Of a stretch of DNA of 64,000 nucleotides, positions 1-9,104 are shown one piece after another. The position numbers were made by a program, and so were the translations under genes. Below the pieces are notes generated by a model that had not been told where the DNA came from, searched no databases, and saw only the letters and a list, made by a program, of their open reading frames with translations. The number at the start of each line of letters is the position of its first letter. The stretch's first letter is position 1. The DNA comes from Patescibacteria group bacterium (GTDB lineage: Bacteria; Patescibacteriota; Dojkabacteria; GCA-002793355), in the NCBI GenBank assembly GCA_016860985.1, contig BOKM01000001.1, forward strand, positions 92,185 through 156,184, in the 5' to 3' direction.

Positions 1-327
1 CAAAATGCAGGTTGGCCAAAAGCAATTCAACGTTTAGACAAAGCACTTTTTCCTAAAGTTATACAAGAAAAATATCCTGGAGTCGCCGTCTCGGGCGTAA
101 GACAGTCACTCGTAAAACTACACCAAATGGAACAAGAAATTGCAAAAGCAGACGGAAAACCGCCGCGCGAGATTATTGTGTATGCGTTTACTGAAGAAAA
201 AAATATTGCATCGGAAGCTGTACTTCGTAAAAATGGGTTTACACTCGCAGAACAAACACACGAATATGACGGTGTTCAAAACCATGTATGGCACAAAGTT
301 CTTGGAAAGGACGTTGTTAATCCGTAA
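1..327 (+). CDS. C-terminal fragment of a GNAT-type acetyltransferase-like protein, truncated at the left edge of the window
   Basis: The frame is open from nt 1, so the ORF track's start at 127 is an artifact of the window edge. The C-terminus reads EEKNIASEAVLRKNGFTLAEQ, which resembles the RimJ/RimL-type GNAT motif (N-x-aS-x-vl-K-x-GF). Confidence 0.4.
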   Translation, partial: QNAGWPKAIQRLDKALFPKVIQEKYPGVAVSGVRQSLVKLHQMEQEIAKADGKPPREIIVYAFTEEKNIASEAVLRKNGFTLAEQTHEYDGVQNHVWHKVLGKDVVNP

Positions 328-790
328 TAATTATCACCTCTTTTGGTAAAGCTTCACGAATTTTTGATAAATCGAATTGTGATAGATTTTCGTTTCCAGA
401 AAAGTTGATTTTTCTAATACGTTTTAAATTACCAAGTTCAAGCGGCAAACCTGTTAGTTGGTTATTTGAGTAATCAAGCTCCTCAAGCATTTCCAATTGC
501 CCTATTTCTGCAGGTATCCCGGTCATTTGATTGTCGGATACGTCCAATTTACGCAATTTTTTTAGCTGCCGGATTTCTGCAGGAAGGGCACCTTTCAAAT
601 TATTGTTTGAAAGATCTAACTCTTCAATATCAGAATTCCCGAACACCGTTTTTGGAAATTCAGTAACCCCTGAATTTGCATAGTTTGTCGATTCGCGTGG
701 GGAATACCCAGTGTTATTCAATTGCAGCACAAGAATACCGAAGCCAATTAGCAAAACAGTTACCACTACAAGCATTATGTATTTTTTCAT
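317..790 (-). CDS. Membrane-anchored leucine-rich-repeat (LRR) surface protein
   Basis: There is an N-terminal hydrophobic anchor (MLVVVTVLLIGFGILVL). It is followed by tandem ~23-aa LRR units (LDLSNNNLKGALP, LDVSDNQMTGIP, LDYSNNQLTGLP). Confidence 0.6.
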   Translation of the reverse strand: MKKYIMLVVVTVLLIGFGILVLQLNNTGYSPRESTNYANSGVTEFPKTVFGNSDIEELDLSNNNLKGALPAEIRQLKKLRKLDVSDNQMTGIPAEIGQLEMLEELDYSNNQLTGLPLELGNLKRIRKINFSGNENLSQFDLSKIREALPKEVIIITD

Positions 791-924
791 TGTACTTACA
801 TTATATACGAAAAGGCAGAATTTCTACGAAGCACCAATCAATTAACTTGCGATACTTGCCTATTACCTCTAAAATACACATATAACTAACGCTCGCACAG
901 GTTTTAGAATAACTCAATATTAAT

Positions 925-1881
925 TTGGAGATTGAAATGCTCGACAGACTCTCACTTACATTAAAAGCAGGCAACGGTGGTCGTGGTTCTACTGCACTAT
1001 GGCATGGCAAACGTCCCTACGGAGGAGATGGCGGAGACGGTGGCAATGTCTATATCCAAGGAACAACAAACCTTTTTAGTTTTTCGTCACTTGCAAGCGA
1101 ACGTACATATAAAGCTGAAGATGGGCAAGAAGGTCTCCCACTAAACAAGTTTGGAGGCGATGGTAACGATTTCACATTATTCGTCCCGCTAACAACAGAA
1201 GTATATATCGATGGTGAATTGCGCATAACGATAGAAAAAGACGGGCAAAGAGAACTTCTTTTAAAAGGAGGTAAGGGGTCCGTCGGAAATCTTAGTATAA
1301 AAAAGCATCCACATTGGCGTATGCGAACAGACGAGGAACGTAAAGGCGAATCTGCGCAAGTTGACCTAGTGCTTAAGCTCGCAAGCGATATCATTTTTAT
1401 CGGTTATCCAAACGCCGGAAAATCGAGTCTTCTTAACAAGTTGACCAATGCAAAGGCAAAGGTTGGGGCCTACGAATTTACGACTCTCGAACCACAAACT
1501 GGCAGAATGGATGGAATAATTCTTATGGACCTTCCAGGAATAATTGATAACACTCACAAGGGCAAAGGGTTGGGTACTTCGTTTACACAACACACAGAAA
1601 AAACAAAATTGGTTGCCCACATTATTAGTCTTGAAAATGCATCAACATTCAACACCTACACCAAGATGAGAAAAGAATTATTACTGATAGACCCCACCTT
1701 TGGAAGTAAAAAAGAAGTCGTTGTACTGACAAAATCAGATGAGGTTACTCAGGATAAGTTGGAAAGCGAGCTTCGCATATTTTCCAAAAAGAAAATCGCT
1801 GCAGTTGCTTGTTCCATTCTTGACGACGCTTCAACAGAAAAGGTTAAGCAAATATTCAAAAAAGAGATACTCCCCGATTAA
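925..1881 (+). CDS. obg: GTPase Obg/CgtA; the probable start is the ATG at 937 (MLDRL...)
   Basis: The N-terminus has the Obg glycine-rich fold (GNGGRGSTALW...GGDGGDGGNVY). The Walker A motif GYPNAGKSSLLN and the G3 motif DLPG are present. Confidence 0.9.
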   Translation: MEIEMLDRLSLTLKAGNGGRGSTALWHGKRPYGGDGGDGGNVYIQGTTNLFSFSSLASERTYKAEDGQEGLPLNKFGGDGNDFTLFVPLTTEVYIDGELRITIEKDGQRELLLKGGKGSVGNLSIKKHPHWRMRTDEERKGESAQVDLVLKLASDIIFIGYPNAGKSSLLNKLTNAKAKVGAYEFTTLEPQTGRMDGIILMDLPGIIDNTHKGKGLGTSFTQHTEKTKLVAHIISLENASTFNTYTKMRKELLLIDPTFGSKKEVVVLTKSDEVTQDKLESELRIFSKKKIAAVACSILDDASTEKVKQIFKKEILPD

Positions 1882-1941
1882 ACGGTTTGCATAAACGTGT
1901 AGAAACAGTTAGGATTTCCTAACTAAGTTACACTCACGTGT

Positions 1942-3696
1942 ATGAAAAAAGAGTCACTTGTTATCCTAATTGGTATCCAGTTGCTTCTTGTACTTGCAAT
2001 TGTCTGGTGGTTTCAAGGTAAAACTACCAACAAGAATACAGGTGCAGCCGGTTCTGGAAACATATACTACGTAGCAACCAACGGAAATAACGCCAATCCA
2101 GGAACACAAACTCAACCATGGGCAACCTTTTCATATGCAAACTCGAGATTGCAGCCGGGAGACACGTTATTACTACTAAGTGGAACCTACAATCAGAAAT
2201 TAGTTATCAGTGTTTCCGGAACAGCCCAAAACAAGGTTTCCGTAAAAGCTGCCCCAGGGAATTCGGTAATAATTGACGCGCAATACGCTTTTAATCCAGC
2301 AGTTCACGTGATGGGTTCCTATGTTGATATCAGCGATTTAACCATCAAAAATGGGCAGTATATTTGTGAACTACTAAGCGGCAATTCCATAACCTCTTCG
2401 AATATAACCGTTACTGGGTGTTTTAGCCATGGAACTATGGCAGAAGGTAGCAATATTGTTGTTCAAACTCACACGATATACAACACAAACCTAGAAAATC
2501 AGGATAGAAATTATAGTAGTGGATGGGGGTCAGGTCTAAAAGTGTCAGAAGGAGCCAATGGAGTTTCACTCCGTAACAACACTGTTTATAACAACTACGG
2601 AGAAGGAATAGCAATTACTAAAGGAGCCAACGTTAATGTCAGCAACAATTTTGTCTACGATAATTATGGGGTTAATATCTATGTTGATAATTCTCACGAC
2701 GTGGTTGTCGAAAAAAACCTCTCTACTTGCACAGCAAATACTGCATACCAGAGAGACGGAAAAAGACCAAGTTCTATTTATTTTGGAATGGAAAGCTATT
2801 CAGGATGGGGAGACCAATTTTATAACGTAACAGTTCAAAATAACCTATTTGCTTTCTGTAACCATGGCATACTTTATTGGAACTCCGAGGTCGCAACAGG
2901 GGGGCTTGATCGAGTGAAGATTTATAATAATACAATTATCGGCTCAATTGATACAGCTATAACCATTAATTCCTCAGCAAACCACGCAGACACCTTTATT
3001 GTAAACAATTTAGTGCAGCAAAGTAACAATAAGCTGGCATATATTCCAAGTGCGAGTGGTTTAACTTTCCACCACAATTTTTGGACCGCAGTTCAGCCGA
3101 CAACAAACGCAAGAGGAACAGGTGACGTAATAGGACAACCGCAATTCTTGAGTATTCCTGTATACAACCAAAGAGATAGTTTCCGAATAGCTGCAAGCTC
3201 CCCAACCATAGATAAAGGAGCTGCCATACTAACGGTGGTAGATGATGTTTATGGTTCAACACGCCCATACAATATGTACGATATTGGGGCACAAGAATAT
3301 TCTCCACTAGTTCCCTCGCCAACGCCAACACCGACTCCAGAATATCCAGCTGCATTAAAAAATGTTTACACCACTTTCAGTAAACTTCGCTATAACAAAT
3401 ACGCCTCGCCTAGTCAGCTTTATTCTGGGGACACAATGTACATAAAGAACTACGACACAACAAAAATAAAGTTGATTCAAGTTTTCCTCTATGATTATGC
3501 CAAGAAAGGAAATCAGGGATTTACAAAATCTCGGGTGACAACTACCTCAATGTTTCTACGAACAAACTACTTACTTCCAACAGGAAAACGATACGCCTAT
3601 GTTGCGAAGTTCCAAGATATAAAGACGGGAATTATTGCAACAAAGTACTTTGTTGTATACACGACTACCGCGTGGAATGGGCAAAGTACTCTGTAA
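1942..3696 (+). CDS. Secreted or membrane-anchored right-handed parallel beta-helix repeat protein (pectate-lyase-fold adhesin or glycanase-like)
   Basis: There is an N-terminal TM/signal segment. The body has repeated N-N-x-V-Y-N-N-Y-G / N-N-F-V-Y-D-N-Y-G beta-helix rungs. A PTPTPTP linker precedes a C-terminal beta-rich domain. Confidence 0.55.
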   Translation: MKKESLVILIGIQLLLVLAIVWWFQGKTTNKNTGAAGSGNIYYVATNGNNANPGTQTQPWATFSYANSRLQPGDTLLLLSGTYNQKLVISVSGTAQNKVSVKAAPGNSVIIDAQYAFNPAVHVMGSYVDISDLTIKNGQYICELLSGNSITSSNITVTGCFSHGTMAEGSNIVVQTHTIYNTNLENQDRNYSSGWGSGLKVSEGANGVSLRNNTVYNNYGEGIAITKGANVNVSNNFVYDNYGVNIYVDNSHDVVVEKNLSTCTANTAYQRDGKRPSSIYFGMESYSGWGDQFYNVTVQNNLFAFCNHGILYWNSEVATGGLDRVKIYNNTIIGSIDTAITINSSANHADTFIVNNLVQQSNNKLAYIPSASGLTFHHNFWTAVQPTTNARGTGDVIGQPQFLSIPVYNQRDSFRIAASSPTIDKGAAILTVVDDVYGSTRPYNMYDIGAQEYSPLVPSPTPTPTPEYPAALKNVYTTFSKLRYNKYASPSQLYSGDTMYIKNYDTTKIKLIQVFLYDYAKKGNQGFTKSRVTTTSMFLRTNYLLPTGKRYAYVAKFQDIKTGIIATKYFVVYTTTAWNGQSTL

Positions 3697-3736
3697 TTCG
3701 AAGGCAAAAAGTTAGCAAAACGACATACTTTTGTGT

Positions 3737-3768
3737 GTTGCCTGCAACCCCTTACCGTTGCAAGCAAC
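3737..3768. terminator. Imperfect 12-bp-stem hairpin between convergent genes; possible bidirectional terminator
   Basis: gttgcctgcaac pairs with gttgcaagcaac with one mismatch. No strong U-run follows on either strand. Confidence 0.3.
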
Positions 3769-3783
3769 ACTACATAACCTCTG

Positions 3784-5682
3784 CTACCTCATAAGCATCT
3801 CGGGTTTGCTATCTGGGTAGGTTACTTTTAACGCAGCATCAAGTTTTGCTGCATCTGAAGTAGAGACCGTAGCAAACGGAAGTGCTTTTACTGCATCTGC
3901 CAAGCGTGTTTTGGTACTAAGATTTGATTGGATTACCACAGTAACGTCTTTATAGGTAAACACTACAAATACATCGGTATACATTGGCTCTGCGACTTTA
4001 AGCCTTTCTACTTCGTCTACTGCGACACCAGAATCACCAGGTTCTGAGCTCCCAGGTGCACTGTCGGCAACTGGTGACTGAGTCATCTCAAACAGTTCTG
4101 CAGTAACACTCTCACCATTAAGAGTAATGGTTGTTGAACCTTTACCTGAGAGTGAAGATTTTTCGATTCCCATCTCTGTGATTGCTGCAATTCCTTTCAA
4201 TTGTGAAGGAAGTTCAGAGATTGAAAGCCATGAGAAGGCACCTGTTCCATTATACGAAAGGTGTACTTGAGGATACGTTTTGCCCTCTTCTAGATATGGT
4301 TTGAACATATCCTTCGCATCATTGTACTGTGTTTGCCCATATGCGAGTGGTGAGTAAAAGGCTCGATCAATCATATATTTCTGGGGCTCAGGCACGAGAG
4401 TAACATACGATGAAGATAGTGACTGTAACGTATACTTGCCTGAAAGGTATACAACGTTTGATACATTCTTTGGAAGGTATTCAAGAACTGCCTTTCGGTA
4501 TTCCTCATCATACTTGTAGGCGCTGGCATCGATCGTTCGAATATCGTTTGAGAGATTGAACGTAAAATCACTTTTTACTGCATCGAAGGAAGAAACAGTG
4601 CTTGATTCTTCGACAGTGCTTCTGGAGTAAAGCATATTGCCATTCTTTACTGCATCGAGATAGATGGTTTCTTGATCGATTGAAAAATCTTTGGAATCTG
4701 CAAGTGCAACCACTACGATTTTTTGATCAAAATCCATAGAAGTAACGCTTGTACTCGCGTCTCCTTCGTTCTTTGTTGTGCAGCCGCCCATGTATGACCA
4801 CTGAACTTTGTAGTATTCTTTCCCGTTTTCTGTAACCGTGCCAAGAACTTTTGCATCCTCGCCAAAGTAGTTTTTAATTATCTCCTTTGGATCTGTATCG
4901 GTTGGAACTGGTGTTTTTTCAGGCAACGCAATAAGTGTCTGTTCTGTTCCATCGACTGGTGGTGCTGCGACATCTGCAGCTTCATCTTTTTCTGCAACTC
5001 CAGACATATACGCAAGCGGCATTACTCGTTCAACATTTTTTAATTGAACTGCGTAACTTCCACCCTTGTAGAGCCATTGCGTTGAATCAGCAATCAACAA
5101 GTAATCGTAAATATTACTTCCTGAATACGAAACATTTTTTGTATAAAGTGGAAACATTTCATCTTTTGTTGTGTAGTATTCAGAGTACTCCTCTGCACTA
5201 ACCGCCCCTTGATATGGGACCATCATCGAACATCTATTTAAGGCATCACCGATTGCATAGGTTGTCTTTGTCTTTTTGTAATTATAGGTACGTTCTTCGG
5301 GGTTTCTAATATACAAGGCACTAATCTTTTCATCTGCAGAGAGCATCGTTGCCGTAGCATCTTTTGTTCCCTCCTTTTTTGTCGAAAGATTTGCTTGTGC
5401 AATTTTTGCAAGAATAGCATCTTGCTCTGCCGTTGTGGGTGCTTTATACCAGAACTGGTAAGTAGAGGCAGCAATACCTACTGTTGCGACTACTGCAACC
5501 GCACCAAGCTGAAAAACTTTTGGTGACAGCTTCATAATAAATGATGTGATTAAATTACTGTGAGGTCGATGAGTATCTGCCTCAGAAAGTACCCTTGATT
5601 TAAGGGTATCAACAAACTCTGCCCGAGGAGTCGCGTACTCTTCGAACAATTTTTGCATTTCTTTTTCTGATTCGTTATTCAT
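3784..5682 (-). CDS. Putative anti-sigma factor: short cytoplasmic N-terminus, one TM, very large extracytoplasmic domain
   Basis: It overlaps the upstream ECF sigma gene by 8 nt, so the two are in an operon. A single TM lies at about aa 45-75 (LGAVAVVATVGIAASTY). No catalytic motifs were recognised. Confidence 0.5.
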   Translation of the reverse strand: MNNESEKEMQKLFEEYATPRAEFVDTLKSRVLSEADTHRPHSNLITSFIMKLSPKVFQLGAVAVVATVGIAASTYQFWYKAPTTAEQDAILAKIAQANLSTKKEGTKDATATMLSADEKISALYIRNPEERTYNYKKTKTTYAIGDALNRCSMMVPYQGAVSAEEYSEYYTTKDEMFPLYTKNVSYSGSNIYDYLLIADSTQWLYKGGSYAVQLKNVERVMPLAYMSGVAEKDEAADVAAPPVDGTEQTLIALPEKTPVPTDTDPKEIIKNYFGEDAKVLGTVTENGKEYYKVQWSYMGGCTTKNEGDASTSVTSMDFDQKIVVVALADSKDFSIDQETIYLDAVKNGNMLYSRSTVEESSTVSSFDAVKSDFTFNLSNDIRTIDASAYKYDEEYRKAVLEYLPKNVSNVVYLSGKYTLQSLSSSYVTLVPEPQKYMIDRAFYSPLAYGQTQYNDAKDMFKPYLEEGKTYPQVHLSYNGTGAFSWLSISELPSQLKGIAAITEMGIEKSSLSGKGSTTITLNGESVTAELFEMTQSPVADSAPGSSEPGDSGVAVDEVERLKVAEPMYTDVFVVFTYKDVTVVIQSNLSTKTRLADAVKALPFATVSTSDAAKLDAALKVTYPDSKPEMLMR

Positions 5683-6205
5683 CTTTATTATCCTCTACAA
5701 TATTAGTCGAAGTGTCTGTACATGAAAGTAGAATCCGGATTGAATGAAACGCACGTTTTTGCGTTGTACTCACATAATTCTCATCTTTTCCAAGTTGCTC
5801 GGCTATCTCTTTTATTGTTTTCTTGTGAACAAAACGGAGCTCTAGTATGTTCTTCTGCTTATCTGGTAAACGTGGAAGAAGTCGTATAAGAAGATCGACG
5901 ATATCAATATTTGACTGTGTTTCGCCATCCTCAATTGAGAGAAGTTCTTCATCCGCTTCGGTAATTGGGTACTCAGACCTCTTATACTTCACGCGCAAAT
6001 AATCAAGTAGCACAAACTTAGCAATACCAAAGAGATACTTTTTCGCATCCTTTACTTCCTTCTCACCTATTTCTTTGGCAAACCGTAAAAATGTCTGACT
6101 CGTTAAATCTTCAGCGACCTCGCGACTTAGGACTTTATAAAAAAAGTATCGATAAACCGGGCCAACTGTAGTTTCGTAAAAATATGATAATTCTTCAGAG
6201 GTCAC
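5675..6205 (-). CDS. RNA polymerase sigma-70 factor, ECF subfamily
   Basis: Region 2 is present (VYRYFFYKV...AEDLTSQTFLRFAKEI). Region 4 contains an HTH (KQKNILELRFVHKKTIKEIAEQLG). Confidence 0.85.
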   Translation of the reverse strand: MTSEELSYFYETTVGPVYRYFFYKVLSREVAEDLTSQTFLRFAKEIGEKEVKDAKKYLFGIAKFVLLDYLRVKYKRSEYPITEADEELLSIEDGETQSNIDIVDLLIRLLPRLPDKQKNILELRFVHKKTIKEIAEQLGKDENYVSTTQKRAFHSIRILLSCTDTSTNIVEDNKDE

Positions 6206-6259
6206 ACAAGAGTGTACTAGAAAGCGATAACAATGCCAATGTGAGTTGTACTAATAAAG

Positions 6260-6907
6260 GTGTACAATAAGAATATGAAAATACAATACACAATAATCAC
6301 TGCACTGATAATAGCTGCGATAATAGCAACCGTCTATGTGTATCCGTTGCTCCCAGAACTCGTTCCTAGTCACTGGAATGCACTAGGCGAAGTTGATGCC
6401 TACGCCAAAAAGAATGTACACGTCACGTTTATGCTTGGAATCTGTATTGCACTCCCGATATTTATGAGAATCCTTCCAAAACTCGATCCAAAGTACAAGA
6501 ATATACAATCCTTTGAAGGTGATTTTGCATGGTTTACCGTTGTCTTCACTCTTTTTATGATTGCACTATACGCATACACCACACTTTATGCTCTAGGATA
6601 CCAATACCCTATTCAATCATTTATCATTCCTGCCATGTCAGTACTCTTTTACACAACCGGACTTCTACTTGCAAAAGCAAAACCCAATTACTCAATTGGC
6701 TTTAGACTTCCATGGACTCTAGACAGCGAAGACAATTGGAACAAAACACACAAAATTGCTGCCTTAAGTTTTAGATATGGGGCTTTCGCGTTATTACTTA
6801 CAACACTTCTTGGTAAATACTCCTTTTCGGTGTTTATGATTGCGCTCTCCTTCATGGTTATTATACCGATCATGTACTCGTACCGACTTCATAAAACTTC
6901 ACGTTAG
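6260..6907 (+). CDS. SdpI/YhfL-family (DUF1648) integral membrane protein
   Basis: The N-terminal TM is followed by the motif VPSHWNALGEVD. Four more TM segments follow. Confidence 0.55.
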   Translation: MYNKNMKIQYTIITALIIAAIIATVYVYPLLPELVPSHWNALGEVDAYAKKNVHVTFMLGICIALPIFMRILPKLDPKYKNIQSFEGDFAWFTVVFTLFMIALYAYTTLYALGYQYPIQSFIIPAMSVLFYTTGLLLAKAKPNYSIGFRLPWTLDSEDNWNKTHKIAALSFRYGAFALLLTTLLGKYSFSVFMIALSFMVIIPIMYSYRLHKTSR

Positions 6908-7593
6908 AAAGCACTTCTAATTTGCTGAACTGCCAAAGGTAGGTTACGCCTGCCTTGACCAACTGGATAATAAACTGGGTGCGTTATGTAACACCCTAGA
7001 AATAGTTCACTTTTTCCGTGTAAATATTGACTAACTGATATTTGTTTGCCGAGCACTATTGAGGACACTTGATTACCAAACGTAATAATATGTGCGGGAT
7101 TAGTTAACTCGATTTCCTTTTGAAATAACGGTAGGTATGCCTTAAATACGCTATTAGGTAAGGGACGGGCATCGACTTGAGTACATTTTGCTAAGTTCGT
7201 AATGTACACGGAGTGTTCCGCCAAATTCTCATATACTGATATAGCAAAAGTGTCGCTCCATTCCATTGGTTTTAGCTTTATTATCTTTTGGTAAAGATAG
7301 CTATCAAGTAAGTTTAGTTCATGAAAAAGTGACCATATCTGTTTCGTTCCAATCCAAGGGGCACGTAGCCCTTTCCATTCCCTTGCTGCACTCACGTTTC
7401 TGCCGGTTGGATTCATAAATACAAAACAATACCTGGGATTTTTTATTTGTCCTGCACCATAAATACTTTTTAATTGAGGAGCACCGTGCGTTACCTGCAA
7501 CTCATCTGCATTTTCGCACAGCGACTCACATACAAGTAACGATAAGGCTTCTCTATCGCTTGACACATACATGTGAGAAAGGGTAGCATTCAC
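6904..7593 (-). CDS. Uracil-DNA glycosylase superfamily-like protein (divergent)
   Basis: Its size is UDG-like. The motif CFVFMNPTGRN resembles the MUG/TDG GINPG motif, and ITFGNQV resembles the UDG beta-strand. The call is weak. Confidence 0.3.
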   Translation of the reverse strand: MNATLSHMYVSSDREALSLLVCESLCENADELQVTHGAPQLKSIYGAGQIKNPRYCFVFMNPTGRNVSAAREWKGLRAPWIGTKQIWSLFHELNLLDSYLYQKIIKLKPMEWSDTFAISVYENLAEHSVYITNLAKCTQVDARPLPNSVFKAYLPLFQKEIELTNPAHIITFGNQVSSIVLGKQISVSQYLHGKSELFLGCYITHPVYYPVGQGRRNLPLAVQQIRSAF

Positions 7594-7600
7594 TTCTAAA

Positions 7601-8020
7601 TTGTCAATCTGCCTTATGGTAAAGATACAAAAAACGTACAGGATTTCACTTGAACAACAGATTTCCCCCCTTTCTTCTGAAAAGCATCCTGTCGTTCGTC
7701 ATGCAGTAGTAGAAGCCTCAGGAATTAAGTCTGAATTCATCAATGGTTCAGTTTTGGAAGAAAAAATTAAAGGGTTGGTAAAAGATATGGACTTCCATGC
7801 CGTAAACTACTTTGCCCACCAATTTGAGCCACAAGGTATTTCGTACGTTGTTGTGCTGGAAGAAAGCCATCTCGCGATCCACACGTGGCCAGAGAAAGGA
7901 TATTTTCATGCGGACATTGTCACTTGTACAAAAGAAGATATGGATATTCCAAGGCTAGAAAAAGTTATGAACGCGATCTTCTCACCAGAGAATTTACGAA
8001 TACTTAGACTCTACTACTAA
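7601..8020 (+). CDS. speH: S-adenosylmethionine decarboxylase proenzyme (class 1B, SpeH-type)
   Basis: The signature around the processing site, VVLEESHLAIHTWPEKGYFHADIVTC, is present. Confidence 0.8.
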   Translation: MSICLMVKIQKTYRISLEQQISPLSSEKHPVVRHAVVEASGIKSEFINGSVLEEKIKGLVKDMDFHAVNYFAHQFEPQGISYVVVLEESHLAIHTWPEKGYFHADIVTCTKEDMDIPRLEKVMNAIFSPENLRILRLYY

Positions 8021-8025
8021 ACACA

Positions 8026-8901
8026 ATGACGGGCATTACTTACGGAATCCTTGCCATGTTTGGGTGGGGGGTTGGCGAGTTTACAGCCAAAAAAGCTGTC
8101 GATGAGTATGGCGAGCACAAAGCGTACTTGTATGTGCAAGCGATCGGAGCACTTATAGCAACTTTGATTGCGTACTTTTATGGGCAATTAAGAGCAGAGC
8201 TTTTTACACTCCCACTTCTTGGACTCTCACTACTTATTGGTGCGACCTACTCTATCGCCTATCTTAACGCGTTCAAAGCATATCGTATCGGAAAGCTCGC
8301 AATTGTGTCACCAATTCTCTGCTCCTACGGAATGCTCTCTTCCATACTCGCTGCGATTTTCCTCAACCAAACGTTATCTTTTCTTCAGTTTATCGGAATT
8401 ATAGTAATTATTTCAGGTACGTTCTTACTCTCTCTAGATTTTGAAGAACTGCGTAAATCCTTTAAATTCACTGCATATCCGGGAGTAAAAGAAGCAATCA
8501 TAACCTTTCTTTTTTTCGGAATTAACAGCGTGCTATTAGATTTTACTGTCGTTGAAAGCAATCTACATCTTGTAAACACTTTAAATTCAATTTTTTCCCT
8601 ATTCACAATTTCTGCAATTTTTGTGTATTTTTCGAAATCAGATAAAGCAACTCACCCAGCTTCAATAACCAAAAACGGTATTACTTTCATGATTGCGACT
8701 GCCATCCTTACAGCTCTTGCAAACTTGTGGTTTATAATCGGATACAGCAGGGGTGATTCAATTCTCATCGCTCCAATTGGTGCTTCTTCGGGAGTGATTA
8801 CTTCGATACTTTCTTTCATCTTTTTAAAGGAGAAACTAACCAAGATTCAACTCGTCGGGATGGTTTCGACATTTGTCGGCATTATACTTATCAGCCTGTA
8901 A
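8026..8901 (+). CDS. EamA/DMT-superfamily transporter
   Basis: The protein has ten predicted TM helices and a two-repeat EamA-like organisation. Confidence 0.55.
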   Translation: MTGITYGILAMFGWGVGEFTAKKAVDEYGEHKAYLYVQAIGALIATLIAYFYGQLRAELFTLPLLGLSLLIGATYSIAYLNAFKAYRIGKLAIVSPILCSYGMLSSILAAIFLNQTLSFLQFIGIIVIISGTFLLSLDFEELRKSFKFTAYPGVKEAIITFLFFGINSVLLDFTVVESNLHLVNTLNSIFSLFTISAIFVYFSKSDKATHPASITKNGITFMIATAILTALANLWFIIGYSRGDSILIAPIGASSGVITSILSFIFLKEKLTKIQLVGMVSTFVGIILISL

Positions 8902-8902
8902 T

Positions 8903-8913
8903 GTGATATAATA
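8903..8913 (+). promoter_or_regulatory. Candidate extended -10 promoter element (TGtgaTATAAT) upstream of a ~190-nt leader for the DEAD-box helicase
   Basis: The sequence tgtgatataat gives an exact TGn + TATAAT match. It lies in the 204-bp intergenic region upstream of the helicase start. Confidence 0.3.
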
Positions 8914-9104
8914 CGCTTACAAAGCGATTCATAGGCTGCTCAACATAAATCGTAGCCTCTTTCAGAAATGAAAGTTTTGGACTAAAGCTTCGGTTGTTAA
9001 TAACTCCTGGGGCTTGTGCCTCGGGATACAGATATTCCCACATTACAAGGCATTATCAGAATTGATTGTGTCGTTTTGTGCGAACTTAATTAACAACCAT
9101 TATT

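Noticed and set aside
3300-3345. PTPTPTP-encoding short tandem repeats (also 37925-37965 in PBP1A)
   Set aside because: These are low-complexity Pro/Thr linker codons inside ORFs, not independent repeat elements or VNTR-type features.
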